The position numbers and the translations under genes were made by a program. Of a stretch of DNA of 61,603 nt, positions 1 to 8,882 are shown in pieces. Position 1 is the stretch's first letter, and the number at the start of each line of letters is the position of its first letter. Source of the stretch: a virus (taxonomy: Duplodnaviria > Caudoviricetes); IMG/VR virus record IMGVR_UViG_3300032322_001005, positions 1-61,603 of that record; one strand, given 5' to 3'. The notes under the pieces were generated by a model. The model was not told the origin of the DNA and ran no database searches. It saw nothing but the letters and a program-made list of their open reading frames with translations.

Positions 1-558
<558 letters not shown>

Positions 559-562
<4 letters not shown>

Positions 563-1335
563 AAGATTCCATGATGTTTGGTGTGGCACTTATCGCAAAC
601 ACAAGTAAGAGACTTCTTTCCTTCTTGTGTATGTTCCAATCCATGGAACTTATAGTTGCTGTGATGAACTCTTAAACTTTCGCTTGAGCTACACATCGCG
701 CACTTATATTCAGCCTTCTTCCTAATTTTGCTGGCAATAATTCTCCAGTAAGGCGTCACTAGAAAATCCTCATAAGGCATTGATTTTATGTGTTCGCTTA
801 TTCTTTCATTGTCTGAATGAAAAATTATTCTATCAAATTCAGAATCAATTTGATGCCATTTAATTCCTTCCTTAAATTTTGCATTCGGCAATAGGTAATT
901 ATTGATTATTATATCTGTATATTTTGTTTTACTTTGATTATTGGTTGCAAAGAACTGCGATCGATCTTCTTCTTTTATTCTTTTTTTGTCATATAACTCT
1001 TTGTCTTTGCATGATTTGCATGTTGATGCCTTCAGCCAGTTATATTTGGCTGTGCCATTTTCTTTTTTCCTAATCTCTTCCATGTGAGATATTAGTTGAG
1101 TTTTTGTTATAGTCCTTTTCTCAATACCTTCACACCTGTCGCAAACAACCTCGCACGTAAACAATGACGGGAGTCCTTTATTTGTTCCAAACAGTTCTCG
1201 TATATCTCTATTTTCTGGAACCTTAATCGCTATGGCCTTTATCGTGTCTTTGTCCAATATTGCTCCATGTATTAGCGGCTTATTTCTCAGGACACGTATG
1301 TATCCCAAGCATTCTTCTATTAAGTTTGAATCCAT
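559..1335 (-). CDS. HNH endonuclease with zinc-binding CxxC motifs
   Basis: C-terminal YEDFLVTPYW...CAMC...VHHSNY...CDKCHTKHH; AT-rich gene. Confidence 0.8.
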
Positions 1336-1348
1336 ATCTGGGTAGGGC

Positions 1349-1488
1349 GATCCCTGCGGTGGCGAACTAAAGCGGCAACTGACGCATGAGAGTGGTGAAA
1401 ACCACAGCAGGGATCATATATGTTGTTTGTTAATTTAGTTTAGTTCCTTTTTCTTACTCGGCTCTCACCCCGAGGCGCGGTTCCCCGC
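1349..1488 (-). ncRNA. C4-antisense-like structured leader (copy 1)
   Basis: Hairpins at 1457-1474 and 1477-1488; long stem 1349-1362/1402-1415; complementary pairs 1387-1392 vs 1462-1467 and 1364-1371 vs 1439-1446. Confidence 0.6.
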
Positions 1489-1496
1489 ACAGGTTC

Positions 1497-1524
1497 AAGG
1501 TAGCACTACTTCATTCCTCGTCAA
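1497..1524 (-). promoter_or_regulatory. sigma70-type promoter TTGACG-16-TACCTT with extended TG
   Basis: Directly upstream of the structured leader. Confidence 0.45.
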
Positions 1525-1765
1525 CTTTATTGTTCAACAATACTCCACGCTGCTCGTGCAGGAGTCCCTGAAGTTCGTTGTTTATCTTTAGCAACTTTGC
1601 GATGTTCTTCTGGAGGCGCAGCACCTCACTACGCTCTACCTCATACATCTCCACGAGGTCGCAGTAATCGCATTGTGCTTTGCCGGGGCGCACGGCTTGT
1701 AGGGGATAGCCGCAGTCGAGACAGGTTCCCGCCTCGCCGTCAAAGATTGTAGGGTTCTCGCTCAT
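1511..1765 (-). CDS. small zinc-finger/coiled-coil protein
   Basis: CLDCG...CDYCD followed by a heptad coiled coil. Confidence 0.6.
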   Translation of the reverse strand: MSENPTIFDGEAGTCLDCGYPLQAVRPGKAQCDYCDLVEMYEVERSEVLRLQKNIAKLLKINNELQGLLHEQRGVLLNNKVDEE

Positions 1766-1829
1766 AGTTCTCCTTCTCTGGCGAGTTGCATGTATATATT
1801 GTGGAATGTCGCCATTAGTGACGATTTGT

Positions 1830-2087
1830 TCATACTAATGCTGGTCTGTTTAGTAGATCGTTTAGCCTGTCGCGCAGATCGTCGCGCTCGCGTTCGGTGT
1901 CCAACAATTTGCATTGAATCTGGACTAGTTCCGCATGCGGTCGGTGGTGCCATTTCATTTCTTCCTCTAGTTTTTCTATAGCCTCGTCGCGCTCGCGTTC
2001 AAGTTGGGCGAGGCGTTTGGCAATAGGTGAGTTTGTGGACTCAACCATTTCTGCAAATTCTGCGTCCGTCTCTGGTGTGTCGCTCAT
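1830..2087 (-). CDS. hypothetical coiled-coil protein
   Basis: Start MSDTPETDA at 2087; duplicated ERERD motif. Confidence 0.65.
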   Translation of the reverse strand: MSDTPETDAEFAEMVESTNSPIAKRLAQLERERDEAIEKLEEEMKWHHRPHAELVQIQCKLLDTERERDDLRDRLNDLLNRPALV

Positions 2088-2227
2088 ATCGTTACGGTGA
2101 TTCGTTCGATCTTCGGTTTGTTGTCCGTGGTCAGCCACAGCATGAACTTGAACCACGCTAGGTCTGACAAGAAGCAGGCGATAGCTCCGAGAAGCAGGGC
2201 GATTGCGATAGCGATGTAGGTCTTCAT
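2084..2227 (-). CDS. small membrane protein
   Basis: MKTYIAIAIALLLGAIACFL...; ATGA overlaps on both sides. Confidence 0.55.
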   Translation of the reverse strand: MKTYIAIAIALLLGAIACFLSDLAWFKFMLWLTTDNKPKIERITVTI

Positions 2228-2424
2228 AGTTCGACAGCGAATTCTTTCTCGGGGGTTTCAGCAACAATATCAACGAGGAGTTTCGCCGCTTCGGTTAGGT
2301 TTCTTTTGGCGATCTGCACGGAGTTGTAGCACTCCAGTAGATTGCCGATTTCCAGTTCTTCCATAGCAGTCCGTGCATAGACGGAAGCCATAGCGATTTT
2401 TGTGTGGGCGTCTGCGTTGTTCAT
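2224..2424 (-). CDS. hypothetical protein
   Basis: MNNADAHTKIAM..., 9 nt downstream of a -10 element. Confidence 0.6.
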   Translation of the reverse strand: MNNADAHTKIAMASVYARTAMEELEIGNLLECYNSVQIAKRNLTEAAKLLVDIVAETPEKEFAVEL

Positions 2425-2433
2425 GCGAGAGAG

Positions 2434-2465
2434 AAGTTGACAGATGAGTGCATATAGTGCAACCT
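2434..2465. promoter_or_regulatory. overlapping divergent promoters
   Basis: Plus strand TTGACA(2437)-17-CAACCT; minus strand TTGCAC(2462)-17-CAACTT; each 9 nt from an ATG. Confidence 0.6.
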
Positions 2466-2474
2466 CTTTTTCTG

Positions 2475-2855
2475 ATGAATGCACAACTCAACACCGAAGT
2501 AACAGGAATGTGGGACTCCAGCACGATTGGCGCACCACAGCGAGACATGATTGATGAGCCTTGGCAGGACGAACCCGTGGTTCCCTACCACGTCCTTCTG
2601 CAAAACGAAATCGAAGCACTGCGCGACGAGGTGAAGAATCTCCGTTCGCAGTTATTGTTCCCCAATAGCGAGCCGAAGTTCCTTGGGTTCCCCGTCCGGC
2701 ACTACGACGCTAGTGAAGAAGACTGCAAGCGCACCACCTACGAGTGCTTCATTCTCGGTCAGTGGAGAGAGGTAGTCACAACCGCACTCCGCTGGGGCAG
2801 CGAGGAGGCCGTCGAGTCTATTTGCAACATCCTTCGTCGGGAGGCGAAGAAGTGA
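2475..2855 (+). CDS. hypothetical protein
   Basis: First gene of the rightward unit; start MNAQLNT. Confidence 0.6.
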   Translation: MNAQLNTEVTGMWDSSTIGAPQRDMIDEPWQDEPVVPYHVLLQNEIEALRDEVKNLRSQLLFPNSEPKFLGFPVRHYDASEEDCKRTTYECFILGQWREVVTTALRWGSEEAVESICNILRREAKK

Positions 2856-3211
2856 AATGCCCAGCATGTCGCGCCAAGCTACAGGTGAAGGAATCCCGCA
2901 GGCTGAAGGACGAACACGGCAACCAATTCATTCGCCGTATCCGCTTCTGCAAGAACGAACACCAATGCGTAACGCACGAAATGCTTGCGATACGCTCCCC
3001 CATCCCAGACACTTATCGTCCTAAAAGGGAAAGGGCAGAATACCAAAGGCAATGGAGACGGCTCAATCCCCCGAAGGAGAAACAGAAGAAGGAGTCGGAT
3101 TGGCTCGAAAAGATAAACGCAAAATTGGAGACTACCTCGCCCCAGACACGATCCTCGTTATCGTCGTCTGCATCATCTGTATCCTCTACCTTATCTTCTC
3201 GTGAAAGATAG
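2852..3211 (+). CDS. NrdR-like N-terminal zinc-ribbon protein
   Basis: KCPAC...VKESRR...IRRIRFC...THE pattern; GTGA overlap. Confidence 0.65.
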   Translation: MKCPACRAKLQVKESRRLKDEHGNQFIRRIRFCKNEHQCVTHEMLAIRSPIPDTYRPKRERAEYQRQWRRLNPPKEKQKKESDWLEKINAKLETTSPQTRSSLSSSASSVSSTLSSRER

Positions 3212-4064
3212 AACCATTCCCCCGTGTCCGGCAGCAGGCGGTGGCGTCCACCTCTGGATCATGCAAGCAGGCTGGCAGTGCAGGCTCCAAGGAATGGATG
3301 CGCAAGAAGCCGTCCGCTACCTCCGAGCAGGCATGACCCGCTATCCGAACCCAAGGAACGAGGTAGAACACGCAGTAGAGAAAATATATGAAACGATTTT
3401 AGAGAATAATGGGCAGTATAATGCACAGTTCAAAGCCCCGAAATGGCCCGAGCAAGACCCTATCCAGATACGGGAGATCGCCGCTAGTAACCTTGGAGCG
3501 GTTGATCTGTGGGAAAGATCACCAATTCGCCTAGGAGATGACCTAGAGGAGCAGGCACAGCGAGTCCTGCCGAGGCTATTCCCGAACAATCCGTGGGTCT
3601 GCGCTGGAGATAAGTGCAAGTTCTTTACCGAGCGATTAGACCAGTTCCTGCAATCGGCTGGAGGGCTGGAACAGATCGTTCCTAGCCCGATGACAGCGAA
3701 GTATGGCAAGACCAAAGACGGCAAGCAAAGCCAGCATACCCTAGACGCTACAGGTGAAAGAAGATTCCTCGTCGTAGAGGGCGACAAGATCGACAAGGAT
3801 ATACAGGCGGCTATACTTCTGAAGCTCGCAGAGAAGATGCCACTAGCTCTGGTGGTAGACTCTGGTGGCAAGTCACTACACGGATGGTTCTATGTAGAGG
3901 GTCAGAATGAAGACAAGGTTCTCTCTTTCTTCCGTAGAGCGTGTGTTCTCGGGGCAGATCGAGGGCTTTGGACGCGCTCCCAGTTCGCTCGGATGCCGGG
4001 GGGCATGAGGTCAAACGGAAATAGGCAGAACATTCTGTATTGGAACCCAGAGGCTATAGCGTGA
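3201..4064 (+). CDS. DNA primase, AEP / RepB'-like
   Basis: FLVVEGD, VVDSGGKSLHGWF and QFARMPG motifs. Confidence 0.7.
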   Translation: MKDRTIPPCPAAGGGVHLWIMQAGWQCRLQGMDAQEAVRYLRAGMTRYPNPRNEVEHAVEKIYETILENNGQYNAQFKAPKWPEQDPIQIREIAASNLGAVDLWERSPIRLGDDLEEQAQRVLPRLFPNNPWVCAGDKCKFFTERLDQFLQSAGGLEQIVPSPMTAKYGKTKDGKQSQHTLDATGERRFLVVEGDKIDKDIQAAILLKLAEKMPLALVVDSGGKSLHGWFYVEGQNEDKVLSFFRRACVLGADRGLWTRSQFARMPGGMRSNGNRQNILYWNPEAIA

Positions 4065-4291
4065 TCGACTTGTATACATTTATGGGGATAGACGATAACG
4101 GAGACCACAGAATATATGTATCTCCGTTCAGGCTCAACCATTTGAGCGACATGCACGAGCGGGACGATGCGTTTCCGGCTGGAGTCAAAGGAGCCATCCC
4201 TGAAGAGAAGTGTGTTGAAGCACTCCACAAGATAAGAAAGTATTACGATGATAACGAGAAAGGTCGGACTAAAAAGAGGAAGGCCGCTTAA
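4061..4291 (+). CDS. hypothetical protein
   Basis: GTG start overlapping the primase stop. Confidence 0.5.
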   Translation: MIDLYTFMGIDDNGDHRIYVSPFRLNHLSDMHERDDAFPAGVKGAIPEEKCVEALHKIRKYYDDNEKGRTKKRKAA

Positions 4292-4553
4292 AGCTAGGAA
4301 GGGACTGAACCGAGTCAGCAAGAAGCACAGGGCTGAACTCGCGGTCTATTCGGGTAAACGGAAAGCTTATCTTTTAAGCAATCCATGTTGCGATATCTGC
4401 GGTGTTGAAGCAACCGACATTCACCACAAGGCTAGACGCGGAAAGAATCTGAACAACGTAGAGACGTGGATGCCAGTATGTCGCCAGTGTCATCAATACA
4501 TCGAATCAAACGGCAAGTGGGCACGGGAACACGGCTACATAACACAGACTTGA
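4248..4553 (+). CDS. small HNH endonuclease-like protein
   Basis: CDICG...DIHH...N...CRQCH. Confidence 0.75.
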   Translation: MITRKVGLKRGRPLKARKGLNRVSKKHRAELAVYSGKRKAYLLSNPCCDICGVEATDIHHKARRGKNLNNVETWMPVCRQCHQYIESNGKWAREHGYITQT

Positions 4554-4554
4554 T

Positions 4555-5007
4555 ATGACAATATTCGCAATAGACCCCGGCCCCGAGAAAAGCGCGTTCG
4601 TCCAGTTCGACGGGAAGATCATCGACTACGGGCACGTCCCTAACGCAGAGATGCGCCAGCTTCTAATTGGCAGGGAGTATGACCACGTAGCAATAGAGAT
4701 GATCGCAAGCTACGGTATGGCGGTAGGAGCAAGTGTATTCAATACCTGTATGTGGGTAGGACGCTTCTGCGAAATCGCTAGGAAAGAGCCACAATTGTGC
4801 TACAGAAAAGACATTAAACTGCTTTTATGCGGCACGATGCGGTCAAAAGACAAAGACATCAGACAAGCTCTTCTCAAAAAACTAGGCGGGCAGGGAACCA
4901 AAAAACAACCCGGTGCAACCTACGGCATAACCTCGCATTGCTGGGCAGCGTTAGCCGTAGCAGTGTATGCAAAGTCAACTATTGACAACCAAACAGAACT
5001 TCAGTAA
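4555..5007 (+). CDS. RuvC-like Holliday junction resolvase
   Basis: IFAIDPG...AIEMIASYG...K..I...L...WAALAVA. Confidence 0.7.
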   Translation: MTIFAIDPGPEKSAFVQFDGKIIDYGHVPNAEMRQLLIGREYDHVAIEMIASYGMAVGASVFNTCMWVGRFCEIARKEPQLCYRKDIKLLLCGTMRSKDKDIRQALLKKLGGQGTKKQPGATYGITSHCWAALAVAVYAKSTIDNQTELQ

Positions 5008-5010
5008 CTT
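4982..5010 (+). promoter_or_regulatory. sigma70 promoter TTGACA-17-TAACTT
   Basis: Perfect -35 and 17-bp spacer; no plus-strand ORF before the terminator. Confidence 0.65.
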
Positions 5011-5088
5011 CTACATACAACGGTTATTGGTTTCCCGTTGTTTACTGTAGTGTTCATCACTTGGAGGCTCCTCGAAAGGGGAGCCTTC
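5011..5088 (+). ncRNA. candidate small RNA antisense to start codons
   Basis: Promoter, hairpin 5011-5050, linker GTGTTCATC and terminal GC hairpin. Confidence 0.55.
5063..5088. terminator. hairpin terminator between convergent units
   Basis: GGAGGCTCCTC-GAAA-GGGGAGCCTTC. Confidence 0.7.
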
Positions 5089-5350
5089 AAAGTTTCGGGC
5101 GATAGTAGACGCATGGCCTTTTCTTAGCGGCGATAAGAGTCTTGATCGTTCTTTTCTCGACCTTTCCCTCTTTAAACAATCGGCTCAGCTTCTTCTTGCC
5201 GATCTTGAATTTACTTTTAAGTCCGCCGTCTCGATACCATCCAGTCGATTCAATTTCCTTTTCTGTCTGGCCCGATGTTTCTTCAGCGAGCCTCTTCCAC
5301 GCCTCGCTTACAGCGGCAATATCCAAGGATTGTTTGGTTTTCGTTCGCAT
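5087..5350 (-). CDS. small basic, possibly winged-HTH, protein
   Basis: MRTKTKQSLD...KLSRLFKEGKVEK...VYYRP. Confidence 0.55.
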   Translation of the reverse strand: MRTKTKQSLDIAAVSEAWKRLAEETSGQTEKEIESTGWYRDGGLKSKFKIGKKKLSRLFKEGKVEKRTIKTLIAAKKRPCVYYRPKL

Positions 5351-6078
5351 AGGTTTACTGTTAGTTGGTTGTCTGTGTAGTAGCCGTAACCGAATCCTTG
5401 GCTCCAAGCCAAAGTAGCGCGGCGGGTTTTCGCGTAGTCTGCATCGAGCTTCATCAGTGTCCCGACGCAGTAAGCTGTTGAGGGGTTCAGTGTCCTGCCG
5501 GGTTCAACGCCTACCCTATGCAAGTGTCCCATGATACAGTTGCCATGTGACTCTGCATGATCGCGGATGGCTGATAGATTGAACATGAACCCGTGGATGA
5601 ACTTGAACCCACCCAAAGAACAGTATGACCGAATGTCATACGGATACATCCTCGCCTTGAGGTTCTTCGCCACCTTCTCAAGCTCTTGTATAACAATAGT
5701 CGCAGCATGTGCAGCTAGCGCATTAGGGGAGTGCGCCAGCTTGAACAGGCGATCCTCGTGATTGCCGTAAAGGATATGCTGGGGGCGAAGTTCTTGGAGG
5801 AAGTCCACACCAGCAGCGAGATCGTCAGCAACACTCGCCGCTCTATCCGCCGAGTTCGGGTCGTTCATTGCCCCGCTACGAGCCGCCGCCATATCCACGA
5901 AGTCTCCTAAATGGATAGTGGTATCTGGTTTGAACCTGCCTTTAAATGCGAGAACTGCGTCCCGCGCCTCTGGGTCGATGTGATCGCCGTGTGAACATGA
6001 CACAGCCATCCACTTCTTCCATTGTTTACCCACGTTGAACGGAGCGAACTTATCGCTACGCTTCTGGTTTTTTTTCAT
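5308..6078 (-). CDS. calcineurin-like metallophosphoesterase
   Basis: SCSHGD, HLGDFVD, GNHED, FIHG and GHLHR motifs. Confidence 0.85.
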   Translation of the reverse strand: MKKNQKRSDKFAPFNVGKQWKKWMAVSCSHGDHIDPEARDAVLAFKGRFKPDTTIHLGDFVDMAAARSGAMNDPNSADRAASVADDLAAGVDFLQELRPQHILYGNHEDRLFKLAHSPNALAAHAATIVIQELEKVAKNLKARMYPYDIRSYCSLGGFKFIHGFMFNLSAIRDHAESHGNCIMGHLHRVGVEPGRTLNPSTAYCVGTLMKLDADYAKTRRATLAWSQGFGYGYYTDNQLTVNLCERKPNNPWILPL

Positions 6079-6286
6079 CTTGTTTTTCTATTACGGGACA
6101 CGGGAATTCGTCCTGTGACCACATTGGGTTCCCTCTTTCATCAAGGAAGGGAAAGTGTCTCAAGCAAGAATAGGCTCTGTCTTTAAGTTCCTTCACGGTC
6201 TTAGGTCTGGTCGAGCTATGCAGAAGATCGCGCAAGAAGTTGCGAGTCTTGTAGAGTGCGTATTGTTGTTCGCTTCGAATACTCAT
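6056..6286 (-). CDS. hypothetical phage protein
   Basis: MSIRSEQQYAL...RNFLRDLL...AYSCLRHFP. Confidence 0.6.
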   Translation of the reverse strand: MSIRSEQQYALYKTRNFLRDLLHSSTRPKTVKELKDRAYSCLRHFPFLDERGNPMWSQDEFPCPVIEKQDEKKPEA

Positions 6287-6474
6287 ACTGTTGATTTCTC
6301 CGTGTCTGGGGTGAACAACTGAAAGAAAAGATTTGTGGGGCCGAACCAAGAGAACCCGTTACCCCACGTAACGATTCCTGCTGTGGAAGATTCCACGACT
6401 TGTTGTGACTTACCGCAGCCTTGCTGGTCGCCACGGAATGTCCACCACGTTCCTTGTTTCGGTAGTTGGTTCAT
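6283..6474 (-). CDS. hypothetical protein
   Basis: Coupled by ATGA overlaps. Confidence 0.5.
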   Translation of the reverse strand: MNQLPKQGTWWTFRGDQQGCGKSQQVVESSTAGIVTWGNGFSWFGPTNLFFQLFTPDTEKSTV

Positions 6475-6785
6475 AATTCAAATGCTGTTTCTTTGCACAG
6501 GTATTGTTTCGGGAACACAGAGAGGAGTCGCATCACCGCATCTTCAGCACGGGCAATAGAGTCCTCGTCGTTGTCCGGCAGAACTGCGTGTAAGACTTCG
6601 TGGATCGCTGTGCCGAGTGCCTCGCTGCTGGGCTTGATGTAAATCGTGTTGTCCTCATACGAGCAAAGCCCCTCGTCATCATCGGCGATGTTGACCTCCG
6701 GTGCGTCGGACTTTCTAGGGGCACGGAAGAGCAGCTTCCACTTCTCTCCGTTTATTGTCAGCGTTCGCCTGACTACGTTTGGCAT
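6471..6785 (-). CDS. small zincin-like metallopeptidase
   Basis: GLC...IYI...TAIHEVLHA (HExxH). Confidence 0.7.
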   Translation of the reverse strand: MPNVVRRTLTINGEKWKLLFRAPRKSDAPEVNIADDDEGLCSYEDNTIYIKPSSEALGTAIHEVLHAVLPDNDEDSIARAEDAVMRLLSVFPKQYLCKETAFEL

Positions 6786-6828
6786 GTGAATAACTCTGAA
6801 GGAGGTTAAAAGAAATGTAAAGAATTTT

Positions 6829-7119
6829 TTACCACTTCACCCTTGAAGACCAATATGCCGCAGACATTGTGCCTTTAGAGATATTCTTTGAATGTCTCGC
6901 TTTAAATGACTCGCGGCGTTTACGATAGGCGGCAGACTCTCCTTCTTTTTTTGGGCTTCCGCTAACTCCCTGCTGCCCGAAGCGAATAACCTTCTTTTGG
7001 CTTCCGCTCTTTGCGTAAACAACGTGGCTTTTGGTAGGGTGGGACGGAGTGCGCTTCGGCTTGTTGTATCCCGAAAGACCAAGCCGCTTCATTGTCCCGT
7101 TAGATTTTTCTGTCGCCAT
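6829..7119 (-). CDS. basic phage protein (DUF6321-like)
   Basis: KVIRFGQQG...RRESFKARH...SAAYWS..KW. Confidence 0.65.
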   Translation of the reverse strand: MATEKSNGTMKRLGLSGYNKPKRTPSHPTKSHVVYAKSGSQKKVIRFGQQGVSGSPKKEGESAAYRKRRESFKARHSKNISKGTMSAAYWSSRVKW

Positions 7120-7332
7120 AAGTAAGTGCCTCCTTGATGATTTGCTTTACGTGGTTAATCTGCCGCGCCTTCAGACATTTGGCAAGCACTTCCCGCAACC
7201 TAGCGATCTCCTTGCGGAGTTCCTCTTCAGTAGGCATAAGCAATCTTCATTATCCCGTAGACCGCGATCAGCGACGTGCAAATGGACATTAAGGCCAGCA
7301 CGAATATTTTGTATTCATCTTCGTTCATATTG

Positions 7333-7905
7333 TTAAACAATAAAAGTCTTGGCAAAATCGTAGGCTTTGTTCCAGCGGTTGACCAGCCCCACCCAGAACT
7401 TGGCCCTCGCCCCTACAGGTGGGGCTACCTTGCGCTCATACGCCTCTCTAGCGCGTCGGAGGGAGGTAAGCAGGGCATCGGGCTTCTTCAGCGCCTCAAG
7501 CAGCGTAGCGCGGGTTTTAGGCCCAAAGTTGCCGTCATCTATTACACGCAAGGCAATCTGCAAAATACGTAAAGCTCCACGTGGCCCACGGTTGAATACA
7601 GAATCTCGCAAGAATGCCTCTATCGCAGGATGAGTTGTCCACTTCGTAACAATATCCGTATAAGCCAGTAGGTAGTCTACGATGTATTCCTCCGCAGCGG
7701 GGAACCTCTTCGCCTCCAGAAGTTCTTTAAGCCGTCTCGCCGCATCTGGGTGAAACCTGTCGTTGATTCCGGCGATCTCGTAAGTCCCTCCCCCGTCAGC
7801 AGCGGGTAGCTTGTAAACACGTAGGCTCCCGTTCTTGTCCCGCCTCGCCTCGACGGAAACGATGAACCGCGCCATCTCCAGCCTCTGTGCCAAGGTGGAT
7901 CGCAT
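7333..7905 (-). CDS. endolysin, glycoside hydrolase family 108-like with peptidoglycan-binding C-terminus
   Basis: E...DGGGTYEIAGI; DSVFNRG...LQIAL...DG.FGPKT...F..GLVNR. Confidence 0.8.
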   Translation of the reverse strand: MRSTLAQRLEMARFIVSVEARRDKNGSLRVYKLPAADGGGTYEIAGINDRFHPDAARRLKELLEAKRFPAAEEYIVDYLLAYTDIVTKWTTHPAIEAFLRDSVFNRGPRGALRILQIALRVIDDGNFGPKTRATLLEALKKPDALLTSLRRAREAYERKVAPPVGARAKFWVGLVNRWNKAYDFAKTFIV

Positions 7906-8378
7906 TAGAAGTCGGCGTTACCTCTGATCTCGCCTTTCAGCGGGAAGACAGACATACTGAAAAACAAACTGTCCAGCAGACGCACAATAAACGAACGGCG
8001 ATCTTCAATAGGATGAACCTCAATCGGGTTATCATACCACACGTGAGACGGATACGGTATTTGCGAATAGCAAATGTTCGCACAGATGAGCAGCAGGAAC
8101 ACGCCGAATACCTTCTTGCGGACTGGTTTCGCTCTGCGAACCTCTGCCTTAGGATTGAACTTGCCTCCGGGTGTCGTTCGCTTGATCTGCTTCCTAGCTT
8201 TAACCCGCCCGTAGATCGCAAGCGATGCGCCTGCAAAGTCCATCACGAGCGTAACGATCTCGGTCAACTCCTCGTTAACAATATCGACCTTGAGATACTT
8301 AAGAAGCTGGGCAAGAAGCAGGACGATAACACCGATAATCGTCCGAGATTGCCACCAAGCTTTCGTCTCTTCGCTCAT
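7905..8378 (-). CDS. holin-like membrane protein
   Basis: KAWWQSRTIIG motif, two N-terminal TM segments ending AIYGR, plus a third hydrophobic segment. Confidence 0.65.
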   Translation of the reverse strand: MSEETKAWWQSRTIIGVIVLLLAQLLKYLKVDIVNEELTEIVTLVMDFAGASLAIYGRVKARKQIKRTTPGGKFNPKAEVRRAKPVRKKVFGVFLLLICANICYSQIPYPSHVWYDNPIEVHPIEDRRSFIVRLLDSLFFSMSVFPLKGEIRGNADF

Positions 8379-8665
8379 TGTTTGATCCGCTGCACAGCCA
8401 ACTCGATTGCAAGGTTGATAACAGAGTTCGCGGCTTCGATCCCGCGTTGTTTGGCGGCTGTCTCGATACGAACAAACGCAGCCTTGCGCTTCTCCTCGTT
8501 CGTCTTGTTGCTCGTCAGCAAAGAGGAGACAACTTCAAGAGCGATAGGAAGAATGTCCGCAAGCAGCTTAGACGTGCTGTCCCGCAGAATAGGAACGATA
8601 AAGGTAAGAACCGTCTTGGATGCCCCTGTAAGAAGGGCGAGTAACTTAGTTAGTATGTTTTTCAT
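8375..8665 (-). CDS. holin-like protein (LL-H type C-terminus)
   Basis: EEKRKAAF...INLAIELAV. Confidence 0.55.
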   Translation of the reverse strand: MKNILTKLLALLTGASKTVLTFIVPILRDSTSKLLADILPIALEVVSSLLTSNKTNEEKRKAAFVRIETAAKQRGIEAANSVINLAIELAVQRIKQ

Positions 8666-8870
8666 TTCTCTTCTCTTTCTCGATGTGTCGTTTTTCCAGC
8701 ATAATAAAGATGGAAACAATCGCGGCAATCGTTCCGAATGCAAGCGACGAGACGCGGAGCCACGCCTCAAGATGAGGGAGGAAGCTGATAGCGAATGCGA
8801 GAAGAGATGTCATACTTCCAAGAACTCCGTGGGTTTGGGATTGAATCGGTGTATCAATATTCATATCCAC
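8646..8870 (-). CDS. two-TM holin-like protein
   Basis: Two hydrophobic helices and a charged tail. Confidence 0.55.
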   Translation of the reverse strand: MDMNIDTPIQSQTHGVLGSMTSLLAFAISFLPHLEAWLRVSSLAFGTIAAIVSIFIMLEKRHIEKEKRNEKHTN

Positions 8871-8882
8871 TTATCTATATTG

